From Acholeplasmatales bacterium (GTDB taxonomy: Bacteria > Bacillota_I > Bacilli_A > Acholeplasmatales > Anaeroplasmataceae), in assembly GCA_017444645.1 (NCBI GenBank), contig JAFSWG010000033.1, positions 3,267 to 67,266 of the forward strand: 64,000 bases of DNA, given 5' to 3'. Below, piece after piece: positions 18,451 through 28,430 of this stretch; the stretch's first letter is position 1; each line of letters starts with the position of its first letter. The notes beneath the pieces are model-generated. The model ran no database searches. It had not been told where the DNA came from and worked only from the letters and a program-made list of their open reading frames with translations. The position numbers and the translations under genes are program-made.

Positions 18451-19431
18451 ATGGTAAATGATACATCTATAATTGATAATAAACATTTATCTACAACAAG
18501 AAAAAAAGTAAATTATGCAAAATGGGGTTATATTTTCATTATTCCTTTTTTCCTAATTTATGCTATTTTCTCGCTATGGCCACTTTTACAAACATTCTTC
18601 TATAGTTTCTTTGAAATGTATTCTTCAGGTTTGGATGATATTGGTCCTAATTTCATTGGATTTGGAAATTATGTTAAATTATTTACAACTACACATTTCT
18701 TCGAATATTTGGGAAATACATTAATTCTTTGGATTTTATGTTTTGTTCCACAAATTGTTGTATCACTATTGTTAGCTGTATGGTTTACAGATAGAAGATT
18801 AAAATTAAAAGGTCAAAGATTTTTTAAAACTGTAATTTATATGCCAAACCTAATTATGGCATCAGCATTTGGTTTCTTATTTATAACATTATTGTCACCA
18901 ACAGGTCCAATTATTAATATGTTAATGGATGCAGGAATATTACAAGAACAATTTAATATTTTGGATTCTGTATGGGGAACAAGGGCTGTCATAGGTTTAA
19001 TGAATTTCTTAATGTGGTTTGGTAATACAACACTACTTTTAATGAGTGGTGTTATGGGCATTGATGAAGATATATTTGAGGCTGCAACAGTTGATGGTGC
19101 AGGAGCTTTTAGAACATTTTTTGATATTACTATGCCATTATTAAAACCAATTTTTGTATATGTATTTATTACTTCATTAATTGGTGGTATCCAATTATTC
19201 GATGTTGCTCAGATGTTTACTAGAAATTCTGGTGGACCTGATATGACTTCTGAAACATTAATAATGTACTTGAATCTAACATTTAGAACAAGTAGCAATT
19301 ATGGTATGGCAGGAGCTATTTCTGTAATAATTTTCATTATGACTGCTGCATTGAGTATTGCTGTATATTTTATTTCTTATAGAGATGCAGCTCCAAAAAA
19401 GCGTAAGAAGGTGAAGACAGATGCAAAATAG
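18451..19431 (+). CDS. Carbohydrate ABC transporter permease (MalF-like)
   Basis: FIGFGNY, EAA motif IFEAATVDGA, multiple TM helices. Confidence 0.95.
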   Translation: MVNDTSIIDNKHLSTTRKKVNYAKWGYIFIIPFFLIYAIFSLWPLLQTFFYSFFEMYSSGLDDIGPNFIGFGNYVKLFTTTHFFEYLGNTLILWILCFVPQIVVSLLLAVWFTDRRLKLKGQRFFKTVIYMPNLIMASAFGFLFITLLSPTGPIINMLMDAGILQEQFNILDSVWGTRAVIGLMNFLMWFGNTTLLLMSGVMGIDEDIFEAATVDGAGAFRTFFDITMPLLKPIFVYVFITSLIGGIQLFDVAQMFTRNSGGPDMTSETLIMYLNLTFRTSSNYGMAGAISVIIFIMTAALSIAVYFISYRDAAPKKRKKVKTDAK

Positions 19432-20365
19432 TATTGAAAAACAATCACATGAACAAATCCTTGATACTAGGGGTGCAGGTCACGACGAAAAAAGTTTTAA
19501 GGCAAAAGCTTTAATAACTACAAGAAGAATAATTGCATATACTATTTTAATTCTTTTATCTTTAATGTGTTTATTCACTATTTATATCTTAATTATTAAT
19601 GCTACTAGAAGTACAAGTGAAATTCAAACTGGATTTAGTTTTATTCCAGGAACACATTTTGGGGATAACTGGAATAGTTTATTTTCAGGAAATTTACCCG
19701 TTTTAAAGGGATTTTTAAATAGTTTCATTATTTCATTTTTAAGTGCTACGCTATGTGCTTATTTTAGTGCTTTAACAGCATATGGAATACATATGTACAA
19801 CTTCAAATTGAAAAGAATAGCATTTATGTTTATTTTATTGGTTATGATGGTTCCTTCACAAGTTGGAGCAATTGGTTTAGTTAAGATGTGTAATGATTTA
19901 GGATTTACGACATCAAATAACCCAATATTGGTATATATGCCGTTAATTCTTCCATCAGTTGCTTCTCCAATAGTATTCTTCTATATGAAGCAATATCTTG
20001 AATCAATTTTACCAAAAGAAATGGTAGAAGCAGCAAGAGTAGATGGTGCAGGTGAAATGAGAATATTCCATGGTATGGTATTACCAATTTTAAAACCAGC
20101 TTTAGCTATTCAATTTATTTTTGCGTTTGTATCAAGTTGGAATAATTATTTCGTTCCACAATTACTATTAGCAAATAAAGGAAATGATTATAAAACAATT
20201 CCATTAGTATTGGCAGTGTTAAATGACCAATCAAATCCAGAGGCTTTTGACCTTGGAAAAGTTTATATGGTAATGTTATTAGCAATTGTTCCACTATTAA
20301 TAGTATATTTAATATTCTCAAAATTCATATTAAAGAATTTAACATCTGGATCTGTAAAAGGATAA
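19421..20365 (+). CDS. Carbohydrate ABC transporter permease (MalG-like)
   Basis: EAARVDGAGE, SSWNNY, C-terminal GSVKG. Confidence 0.95.
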   Translation: MQNSIEKQSHEQILDTRGAGHDEKSFKAKALITTRRIIAYTILILLSLMCLFTIYILIINATRSTSEIQTGFSFIPGTHFGDNWNSLFSGNLPVLKGFLNSFIISFLSATLCAYFSALTAYGIHMYNFKLKRIAFMFILLVMMVPSQVGAIGLVKMCNDLGFTTSNNPILVYMPLILPSVASPIVFFYMKQYLESILPKEMVEAARVDGAGEMRIFHGMVLPILKPALAIQFIFAFVSSWNNYFVPQLLLANKGNDYKTIPLVLAVLNDQSNPEAFDLGKVYMVMLLAIVPLLIVYLIFSKFILKNLTSGSVKG

Positions 20366-20377
20366 GATTTAGTAATA

Positions 20378-20410
20378 AAAAGACAATGGGATCCATTGTC
20401 TTTTCTTTTT
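20378..20410 (+). terminator. Terminator-like hairpin between permeases and GH1
   Basis: AAAAGACAATGG-gat-CCATTGTCTTTT plus T-tract. Confidence 0.7.
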
Positions 20411-20424
20411 AAGGAGGACAGTTT

Positions 20425-21768
20425 ATGTTTAATATAGACTTTATATTTGGTGCTTCAACCGCATCGTATCAAATCGAAGGTTCAATAGATAAAGATGGTA
20501 AAACATCATCTATTTGGGACACATTTACTAAAACAAAAGAAAATATATTAGATGGTAGTGATGGTAGCATTGTTTGTGATAGCTATATTAAATATAAAGA
20601 TGATGTTAAATTATTACATGAATTAGGTGTTAAAGCATACCGTTTTTCTATCGCTTGGTCTAGAGTGATAGATAAAAATAATAATCCTAATCAAAAAGGA
20701 TTAGATTATTATATTAATTTATGCAAAGAATTAAGAAAATATAATATTAAACCTTATGTCACACTATACCACTGGGATATGCCTCAGTGGTTAGAGGATA
20801 TAGGTGGTTTTTTAAATGATGAAATATCTAATTATTTTATGCATTATACAGATGTTGTAACAAAAGCCTTTGATGGTTATGTTTCAGATTATATAACAAT
20901 TAATGAGCCACAATGTATTATGTTTTTAGGACATAGATTATGTGTACACGCTCCTGGAGTTAAATATAATGATAAAGAAATGCTAAAAGCAATTCATAAT
21001 TTACTTTTATGCCATGGTAAATCTGTAAAAATAATTAGGAAAAACGTAAAAAATTCAACAGTAGGATTCGCACCATGCTCAAGGCCGATGATTCCTACAA
21101 CAAATGATCAATTATTATACAAAAAATGTTACGAAGAATATTATAAATTAGATAGGGATAATGAGTATCCAAATAATGTATCAATTTATAGTGACCCAGT
21201 ATTTTTAGGTGATTATCCTAAAGAATACTATGAGAAATTTAAGGATATATTACCTAAGATAACAAAAGAAGATTTAGAACTAATCAATCAACCAGTTGAT
21301 TATATTTATCAAAATTTTTATTCAGGAACATTTTATTCTTTAGATAAAGATAATAATTTAGTAAAAGAACCATTTCCTTTTGGATATCCTGAAGGAAATA
21401 TTGATTGGCTACAAGTCGTACCACAAACATTATATTATGGACCCAAATATTTATATGAAAGATATAAAAAGCCAATTATAATAAGCGAAAATGGTTTCTG
21501 TAATAATGATGTAATATCATTAGACGGAAAAATACATGATCCTGAAAGAATAGATTATATTAATAGATATTTAATTGAATTAGAAAAAATCTCTAAAGAA
21601 ATACCAATTAAAGGATATTTCTATTGGAGTTTATTTGATAATTTTGAATGGAATAGTGGGCTAAAGAAAAGATTTGGCCTAGTATACATTGATTATAAAA
21701 ATGGTAATAGAATCAAAAAGGATTCATATTTCGAATATAAAAAGATTATAGAAAAAGGGGGTATATAG
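20425..21768 (+). CDS. GH1 beta-glucosidase
   Basis: FGASTASYQIEG, TINEP acid/base, ISENG nucleophile, WSLFDNFEW. Confidence 0.95.
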   Translation: MFNIDFIFGASTASYQIEGSIDKDGKTSSIWDTFTKTKENILDGSDGSIVCDSYIKYKDDVKLLHELGVKAYRFSIAWSRVIDKNNNPNQKGLDYYINLCKELRKYNIKPYVTLYHWDMPQWLEDIGGFLNDEISNYFMHYTDVVTKAFDGYVSDYITINEPQCIMFLGHRLCVHAPGVKYNDKEMLKAIHNLLLCHGKSVKIIRKNVKNSTVGFAPCSRPMIPTTNDQLLYKKCYEEYYKLDRDNEYPNNVSIYSDPVFLGDYPKEYYEKFKDILPKITKEDLELINQPVDYIYQNFYSGTFYSLDKDNNLVKEPFPFGYPEGNIDWLQVVPQTLYYGPKYLYERYKKPIIISENGFCNNDVISLDGKIHDPERIDYINRYLIELEKISKEIPIKGYFYWSLFDNFEWNSGLKKRFGLVYIDYKNGNRIKKDSYFEYKKIIEKGGI

Positions 21769-21769
21769 T

Positions 21770-22777
21770 ATGGTATCTTTTATTGAAATGCGAAATAATT
21801 TTAAAACTATTGTTACATTATCAAATTTAGGTGCTTCTATATATGATATTAAAACAGTAGATAAGGATAATAAAATAGAATCTATTCTATATACTACAAA
21901 AAAAGAAGAAGATTTTATAACTGAAAGAAGTTATCTAGGTAAAACAATAGGTAGAACTGGAGGAAGAATATCAAATTCTAAATTTAAATTAAATGATATA
22001 GAGTATGTTATTAAATCCAATGATCCTAATGGACTTCATGGTGGAATTGATGGGGTAAGCTATAAAGAATTTGAATATCACAAAGTTGAAGCTGAAGATT
22101 ATTTCGAAGTAAAATTTTCATATTATTCCAATGACCTTGAATCAGGTTATCCTGGAGATTTAATTATAAATGTAATATATAGGTTATATAAAAACATTAA
22201 TAAATTAACTGTAACTTATGATGCAATCGCATCAAAAGATACATTAGTTAATTTATCTAATCATTCATATTTTAATTTAAGTGGCAATTCTAAAGATAAT
22301 ATATTAAATCATGAATTATATATTAACGCATCTAAAATGGAAAGAATTGAAAAATTAATTCCACAAGAAATTGTTGATTGTAAAGAAATATATTCATTTA
22401 AAAATATGCATAAAATAGGCGATTATATTAATGATAAAGAAATCATAGATAATACAAATGGATATGATTATCCATATATTTTTGATGATGATACAATAGA
22501 TAAATTTAATGTTTTATTAAAGGATGATAATTCAAAAAGAATTTTAAAAATTAAAACATCTTATCCTACAGTTGTAGTATATACATGTAATTATACTGAA
22601 GATAAAATAATGAATAATGGTGAAGTGATGACACCATATTATGCAGTATGTTTAGAATGTATGTATCATCCTAACACAATCAATAGTGACTTTTTAAAAG
22701 AAAAAAAGGATATATTATTAAAAAATAAAAAATATAAAGAAACAATAGAATATTATTTTGGGGTAGAAAATGACTAA
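21770..22777 (+). CDS. galM: Aldose 1-epimerase (mutarotase)
   Basis: GRTGGRI, LHGG, GYPG, NLSNHSYFNL, CLE. Confidence 0.9.
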   Translation: MVSFIEMRNNFKTIVTLSNLGASIYDIKTVDKDNKIESILYTTKKEEDFITERSYLGKTIGRTGGRISNSKFKLNDIEYVIKSNDPNGLHGGIDGVSYKEFEYHKVEAEDYFEVKFSYYSNDLESGYPGDLIINVIYRLYKNINKLTVTYDAIASKDTLVNLSNHSYFNLSGNSKDNILNHELYINASKMERIEKLIPQEIVDCKEIYSFKNMHKIGDYINDKEIIDNTNGYDYPYIFDDDTIDKFNVLLKDDNSKRILKIKTSYPTVVVYTCNYTEDKIMNNGEVMTPYYAVCLECMYHPNTINSDFLKEKKDILLKNKKYKETIEYYFGVEND

Positions 22778-23804
22778 ACTAGATGGATTTATTAAAGGTG
22801 TAAACTTAGGTGGATGGTTATCTCAAGGAAGCTTAGAGATATCACATTTAGATTCTTTTATCAAAGAAGAAGATATTAAAAGAATCAAAGATATGGGATG
22901 TGATCATTTACGTTTACCTGTAGATTTTGAAAATATATATGACGAGAAAAAAGAATGTGATAATCCGGTAGGTTATAAATATATAGATTTATGTATAGAA
23001 TGGTGTAAAAAATATGGATTAAATGTAGTATTAGATCTTCATAAAGCACCAGGCTATATATTTGATGATTTTGAATATTCTGCAGGATTTTTCACAAATG
23101 AAAAATTAATGGGATTATTCTTAGATATTTGGGATAGATTATCAAAAAGATATGCTAAATATTCAGATATGATGATGTTTGAAATGCTTAATGAAGTAAC
23201 ATCATTTGATGTAATTAACGAATGGAATGATTTAGCACTTAGATGTATTAAAGTAATTAGAAAGAATGCACCTAAGGTAAAGATTTTATATGGTGGTGTA
23301 GGTTATTCTAGCGTAAAGGCTGTTAAATTCATACCAGCACCATATGATGAAAATATTGTATTTAATGTACATTGTTATGAACCAATGGCATTTACTCATC
23401 AAGGCGCATATTGGGTAGATAAGATGCCTACTGATTTTAGAATAGGATATCCAGTTGACGAAATAAAATATAAAGAAATTTGTAAAATTGTACCATCACT
23501 TGTTAATGGTACATTAGGGGATGCAGATAATGCATTAAAAATGCTTGAAAATAATTTCTTTATTAATTTATTTAAAGAATGTGTTGATTGCGCTGAAAAG
23601 TATAATGTAGGTTTATATTGTGGTGAATATGGTGTTATCGATAGAGCTGATCCAAAATCATCATTAATTTGGATTAAACATATTAATCAAGCATTTGAGT
23701 ACTATGGTATCGCAAGAGCAATTTGGAGCTATAAGAAGATGGATTTTGGTATTATTGATGACCATTATAAAGACATCTATGATGAATTGATAAAATATTT
23801 ATGA
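22770..23804 (+). CDS. GH5 endoglucanase/cellodextrinase (CelC-like), no signal peptide
   Basis: GVNLGGWLSQ, HLRLP, LDLH, EMLNE acid/base, HCYEP..FTHQGA, CGEYG nucleophile. Confidence 0.88.
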   Translation: MTKLDGFIKGVNLGGWLSQGSLEISHLDSFIKEEDIKRIKDMGCDHLRLPVDFENIYDEKKECDNPVGYKYIDLCIEWCKKYGLNVVLDLHKAPGYIFDDFEYSAGFFTNEKLMGLFLDIWDRLSKRYAKYSDMMMFEMLNEVTSFDVINEWNDLALRCIKVIRKNAPKVKILYGGVGYSSVKAVKFIPAPYDENIVFNVHCYEPMAFTHQGAYWVDKMPTDFRIGYPVDEIKYKEICKIVPSLVNGTLGDADNALKMLENNFFINLFKECVDCAEKYNVGLYCGEYGVIDRADPKSSLIWIKHINQAFEYYGIARAIWSYKKMDFGIIDDHYKDIYDELIKYL

Positions 23805-23886
23805 TTATTGTGTAAATTTTTCCTAATAATTATTGAAATTTATCTATTCTGTAATATAATAATTACTTGGTAAATGAGGTAATAAT

Positions 23887-24291
23887 ATGTGGGAAATGAA
23901 ACAACCAAATTATGGTGATCAAATTAGAGTAAATAGAGGCTTTTATTATCATCATGGAATATATGAGGATGATAATCATGTTTATCAATTTGCTTCCCCA
24001 AAAGGAAGTGAAGTATCACCTGATACAGCACTAATCATTTGTACAACACTAGAAGAATTTTTAAAGGGTGGTGTTGTAGAGGTTAGATGCTATTTAGATA
24101 ATGAATTAAAGAATAAGAGAAGTCCTGATGAAATAATTAATTATGCTAAATCAAAGCTTGGCACGGGACTTGGCACATATAATTTAATTACAAATAATTG
24201 TGAGCATTTTTCTAATATGTGTGCTTTTGGTAAAGCACAAAGTAATCAAGTAGAAGATGTAATTAAAATGTTATTTGGAGGAAGATATTAA
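23887..24291 (+). CDS. LRAT/NC-domain (permuted NlpC/P60) protein
   Basis: GDQI...YYHHGIY H-box and YNLITNNCEHF NC motif. Confidence 0.88.
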   Translation: MWEMKQPNYGDQIRVNRGFYYHHGIYEDDNHVYQFASPKGSEVSPDTALIICTTLEEFLKGGVVEVRCYLDNELKNKRSPDEIINYAKSKLGTGLGTYNLITNNCEHFSNMCAFGKAQSNQVEDVIKMLFGGRY

Positions 24292-25178
24292 TGAGACTTG
24301 GAGTAGATGTAGGTGGAACTACTGTAAAGGTGGGATTCATTGATAATTACGAAATAGTAGATAGATTAGTAGTAGAAACTAAAAAAGAAACATTATTTGA
24401 TGATGTATTTGTTGCAGTAAAGGAATATGCTACAAAAAAGAATTATAAAATTGATGGTATTGGAGTAGGACTTCCAGGACATGTTGTAGGTACTGTAATC
24501 GACAGATTACCTAATGTAGGTATCAGTAATTTAGATGTTAAGCCAATAGCTAATAAATATTTTCCTGGTGTATTTGTCGCATGCACTAATGATGCTAATG
24601 CCGCTGCACTTGGTGAATTATTAGCCGATGATGATAAGAAAGCGTCTGCATATATGATTACACTTGGTACAGGTGTTGGCGGTGGCCTTGTTATAGATGG
24701 CAAAGTTAGGGATGGTAGCCATTCAAATTGTGGTGAAATAGGACATATGTTTGTTGATTATGTTCATAATTATAAATGCTCATGTGGATTAAACGGATGT
24801 CTAGAAACAGTAGCTTCTGCAACAGGAATAGTAAGAGTAGCTAATCAATATCAGCATGAGTTTAAAACTACATTAGAAGGTGAAATAACATCTGCAAAGG
24901 CTGTTATTGATGCAGCAAAAGCTGGAGATCCACTAGGACTTTTTGTATTAGATGTAGTAGCTGATTCACTAGGTAGATCTATATCAATAATCGAACTTGC
25001 AGTAGATGTAGATACATTCTATATCGGTGGTGGAGTAAGCAATGCAGGTGATATATTAATTAATAGAATTGCTGATTATTACAAAAGATATGCTCATTAT
25101 GCTGTAAAGGATATAAATATAAAGAGAGCAAAACTTGGAAATGATGCAGGTATGCTAGGTGCTGCTTATCTATGGTAA
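24291..25178 (+). CDS. ROK-family glucokinase
   Basis: GVDVGGT, NDANAAALGE, TLGTGVGGG, GEIGH, CSCGLNGCLE. Confidence 0.92.
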   Translation: MRLGVDVGGTTVKVGFIDNYEIVDRLVVETKKETLFDDVFVAVKEYATKKNYKIDGIGVGLPGHVVGTVIDRLPNVGISNLDVKPIANKYFPGVFVACTNDANAAALGELLADDDKKASAYMITLGTGVGGGLVIDGKVRDGSHSNCGEIGHMFVDYVHNYKCSCGLNGCLETVASATGIVRVANQYQHEFKTTLEGEITSAKAVIDAAKAGDPLGLFVLDVVADSLGRSISIIELAVDVDTFYIGGGVSNAGDILINRIADYYKRYAHYAVKDINIKRAKLGNDAGMLGAAYLW

Positions 25179-25184
25179 AAAATT

Positions 25185-25889
25185 ATGAAAGATAATAATG
25201 TCAAAGCAACTAAAATATATAAGCCAGAGATTTTATCGTGCCCTATTTGTAATAATAATTTAAAATATTGTTATACAGTATCAAATAAGGTTGTACAGTT
25301 TTCATCTGGAAAAACTATTAGAATCAAAAATCTTGGTTATAAATGTCCTAGCTGTAATGATGATGTATTTTTTTCACAAACAGCTAATAAATTAGCATTT
25401 AAAGGTTATACATATTCTGCAAAGGTAGTATGTATGATTGATTATGAAAAAACTATAAAGCATAAAGGAAGAGAAGCTATCTGTGATTTTCTAGCAAATA
25501 AGAATATAGAAATATCAGATAGAAATGTAGATATAATCCATAAAAAGTTTATGGAATTATATGAAATGGATTATGATTCCAAGATAAAAGAATCATATAA
25601 GAATATGCTAGATAAATTTAAAGAAATTAGAATATGCTTAGATTTAATTACTGTAAATGAGAAATCATATGTTTTAATGTATGATTACTTTGCAGGTAAT
25701 ATTATTGCAATATGGAAATTCAATGGAATGGATGATCCTAATTTAATTGATACTTTATCAATATATATTAAGGATAGAGAAGATATATCTACAATATTTA
25801 CTGTTAGAGGATATGTATCTAAATTCGTTCCAATAATTAAATCTATAATATCTAAAAAAACAAAAGTATATTCATTTTTAAAATTTTAA
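25185..25889 (+). CDS. Zinc-ribbon protein resembling a degenerate DDE transposase
   Basis: CPIC...CPSC, helical HTH-like segment, then ICLD...Y....D...G.I RNase-H-like strands; no terminal inverted repeats seen. Confidence 0.5.
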   Translation: MKDNNVKATKIYKPEILSCPICNNNLKYCYTVSNKVVQFSSGKTIRIKNLGYKCPSCNDDVFFSQTANKLAFKGYTYSAKVVCMIDYEKTIKHKGREAICDFLANKNIEISDRNVDIIHKKFMELYEMDYDSKIKESYKNMLDKFKEIRICLDLITVNEKSYVLMYDYFAGNIIAIWKFNGMDDPNLIDTLSIYIKDREDISTIFTVRGYVSKFVPIIKSIISKKTKVYSFLKF

Positions 25890-25894
25890 CAAAG

Positions 25895-25920
25895 AAAGCT
25901 CCCGCAACTGGGAGCTTTTT
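25895..25920 (+). terminator. Intrinsic terminator
   Basis: AAAGCTCCC-gcaact-GGGAGCTTT plus T-run. Confidence 0.85.
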
Positions 25921-25976
25921 CCTAGCAAATAAGAAATAAATCAATTTTACTTTTAACAATAAAATTATATTAAAAT

Positions 25977-26060
25977 CGAATAAAATTCGTCGAATTTTTA
26001 TTTAAAAAATCGATATTTTACCGAATAATCTTTGACAACTCGTCTAGTATGTGCTAAAAT
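25977..26060 (+). promoter_or_regulatory. Promoter of the Lrp regulator with upstream Lrp-box-like sites
   Basis: TTGACA 26032-26037, 17 nt, TGcTAAAAT ending 26060; CGAATAAAATTCG 25977-25989 and degenerate copies. Confidence 0.7.
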
Positions 26061-26092
26061 TATAATACATTTTATTGAAAGAGGGAGTGTTT

Positions 26093-26563
26093 ATGGCTAC
26101 ACTTAATTTTGATGAATTTGATAAGAAGATTTTAAAATATTTGCAAGAAGATTCATCTATATCTAATATAGATTTATCTAAGAAGATTGGGCTTGCGCCA
26201 TCTTCATGCTTACTTAGAGTTAAAAATTTAAAAGAACAAAAGGTTCTTAAACAGTTTACTGCAGTAGTTGATGAAAAGATTTTAGGATTTGAAATCACTT
26301 GTTTCGCTAAAGTATCTATGTCTCCATTAAATAGAGAGACTTCTACTAAATTTATTGAAGAAGCAAAGAAGATTCCTGAAATTATTGAATGTTATACAAT
26401 TACTGGTGAGGCTGCATTCTTGCTAAAAATTGTTGCAAAGAGCTTCCAATATTATAGAGATTTCGTTTTTGATAAGCTTTTAGCTGTACCTCATGTATCT
26501 AATATTGATACATCTATCGTAGTTGGTACAGAAAAGAAGACAAACGTTATTCCACTAGATTAG
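26093..26563 (+). CDS. Lrp/AsnC family transcriptional regulator
   Basis: DEFDKKILKYLQED...LSKKIGL...RVKNL HTH, ECYTITGE; GGGAG RBS before ATG 26093. Confidence 0.95.
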   Translation: MATLNFDEFDKKILKYLQEDSSISNIDLSKKIGLAPSSCLLRVKNLKEQKVLKQFTAVVDEKILGFEITCFAKVSMSPLNRETSTKFIEEAKKIPEIIECYTITGEAAFLLKIVAKSFQYYRDFVFDKLLAVPHVSNIDTSIVVGTEKKTNVIPLD

Positions 26564-26567
26564 TATT

Positions 26568-26591
26568 AGCCCTTTTTGAGGGCTTTTTTTT
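26568..26591 (+). terminator. Intrinsic terminator after lrp
   Basis: AGCCCTT-ttt-GAGGGCT plus T-run. Confidence 0.75.
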
Positions 26592-26612
26592 CGGAAAAAA
26601 AGAGGTGTTTTT

Positions 26613-28430
26613 ATGAGTGGTATAAAGAGAATAGCCAAATGGAGCGTAAGGTATTTACCTGTATTTATTGCGATATTAGCTTTATCTATTTTATTACAAT
26701 GGTTATATTCATATTTACCATTATTTGTTCAATATTCATTCGCAGTATTAGGGTATGGTGATATTAATAAGGTTGCATTGCCATCATTTTTAATTAATTT
26801 ATTTAAACAGGGCGATACTGTATTAAATATTATATTGATGGTATCTATGTCTATGATATTGCTTCAAGCAATTAGAAGTGTATTAAGATTTATCGATAAT
26901 TATATGCAAGGTGCCTTAACTCAATATATGGGTCATAGATTAAGAACAAGATTATATAAGCATATATGTGATTTGCCATTTTCATATCACAGTAACTCAG
27001 ATGTTGGTGATTTAATTCAAAGATCAACATCTGATATTGATCAGGTATCAAATTTCGTATCTACACAGGTACCAAATTTTATTTCAATATTTATTACAGT
27101 TGGTATAGGTGCATATCAAGTTGGTAAAATTTCATTAACATTAATGTGGGTAAGTTTAATTATTGTTCCCGTTACTGCGATATCTTCAGTGTTATATTTT
27201 AGATATTGTAATAAGAAATTTAATGAAATTGAAGAAGTAGAAAGTAATATGACTACTATAATTCAAGAAAATGTTAATGGTGCTAGAGTAGTAAGAGCCT
27301 TTTCAAATGAGAAATATGAATTTGAAAAGATGGATGAAGCAAATAAATTGTATACTAAGAAAAATGCTAGATTTAATAATGTTATGGCAGCATTTTGGGG
27401 AATGTCAGATATGACAGTATTTTTACAATACGCCTTAACTATATTCACTGGTATTATGTTAGCAAAAAATGGCACACTAGGTGGTGCTGATATTATTGCC
27501 GCAATGCTTTTAATGAATATGCTAGTATGGCCAATGAGAGGCTTAGGTAGAACAGTTGCTTCATTTGGCAAAGCTAATGTTGCTGCAAAGCGTATTGGAG
27601 AAATATTTGATTTAGATACTGAATTTGAAAATAATGGAACTGAAAAGCCAAAGCTTACAGGTGATATTGAATTCAAAAATGTTTCATTTAAATTTAAAGA
27701 TACAAATCAATCATTATTAAATGATATTTCATTTAAGATTAAGACAGGACAAACTGTTGCTTTAGTAGGTAAAACAGGCTCTGGTAAGTCAACTATTTGT
27801 AATATTTTAGCTAGATTTTTAGATTATGATTCAGGTAATGTTTATATTAATGGAAATGAATTAAAAACTATTGAAAAGAAGTATTTAAGAAAAAATGTTA
27901 AATATGTATTACAAGATCCTTTCTTATTTTCTAGAACAGTATATGAAAATATAGCAATTTCTAATCCTAAAATATCAGAAGAAAAAGTAATAAGTGCGGC
28001 AAAAGAGGCTGCAATTCATAATGAAGTTATTAAATTTGATAAAGGATATAAAACAATTGTTGGTGAAAAAGGAACAACCCTATCAGGTGGACAAAAACAA
28101 AGAGTTGCAATTGCACGTATGCTAATCGATGAAGCTCCTGTAATAATATTTGATGATTCATTATCGGCATTAGATACAGGAACAGATGTATTAATAAGAA
28201 AAGCCTTAAAAGTAAAAGATCAAAATCAAACAATGATAATTATTACTCATAGAACAACGACAGCTAAAGAGGCTGATTTAATATTAGTTCTAGATGAGGG
28301 TAAAATTGTTGCTTCAGGAACTCATGATGAGTTAAAGGATAAACCAGGATTATATAAAGAATTATGGGGTATTCAAGGAGAACTTGAAAAAGAATTTATT
28401 AATGTATTAAAGAAGGAGGTTATTGAATAA
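26613..28430 (+). CDS. Heterodimeric ABC exporter subunit A (TMD-NBD; degenerate Walker B)
   Basis: GKTGSGKST, LSGGQKQR, IIFDD in place of DE. Confidence 0.93.
   Translation: MSGIKRIAKWSVRYLPVFIAILALSILLQWLYSYLPLFVQYSFAVLGYGDINKVALPSFLINLFKQGDTVLNIILMVSMSMILLQAIRSVLRFIDNYMQGALTQYMGHRLRTRLYKHICDLPFSYHSNSDVGDLIQRSTSDIDQVSNFVSTQVPNFISIFITVGIGAYQVGKISLTLMWVSLIIVPVTAISSVLYFRYCNKKFNEIEEVESNMTTIIQENVNGARVVRAFSNEKYEFEKMDEANKLYTKKNARFNNVMAAFWGMSDMTVFLQYALTIFTGIMLAKNGTLGGADIIAAMLLMNMLVWPMRGLGRTVASFGKANVAAKRIGEIFDLDTEFENNGTEKPKLTGDIEFKNVSFKFKDTNQSLLNDISFKIKTGQTVALVGKTGSGKSTICNILARFLDYDSGNVYINGNELKTIEKKYLRKNVKYVLQDPFLFSRTVYENIAISNPKISEEKVISAAKEAAIHNEVIKFDKGYKTIVGEKGTTLSGGQKQRVAIARMLIDEAPVIIFDDSLSALDTGTDVLIRKALKVKDQNQTMIIITHRTTTAKEADLILVLDEGKIVASGTHDELKDKPGLYKELWGIQGELEKEFINVLKKEVIE

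Noticed and set aside
26576-26761. 61-aa ORF overlapping the ABC exporter start
   Set aside because: Begins inside a terminator hairpin and overlaps a real gene in another frame.
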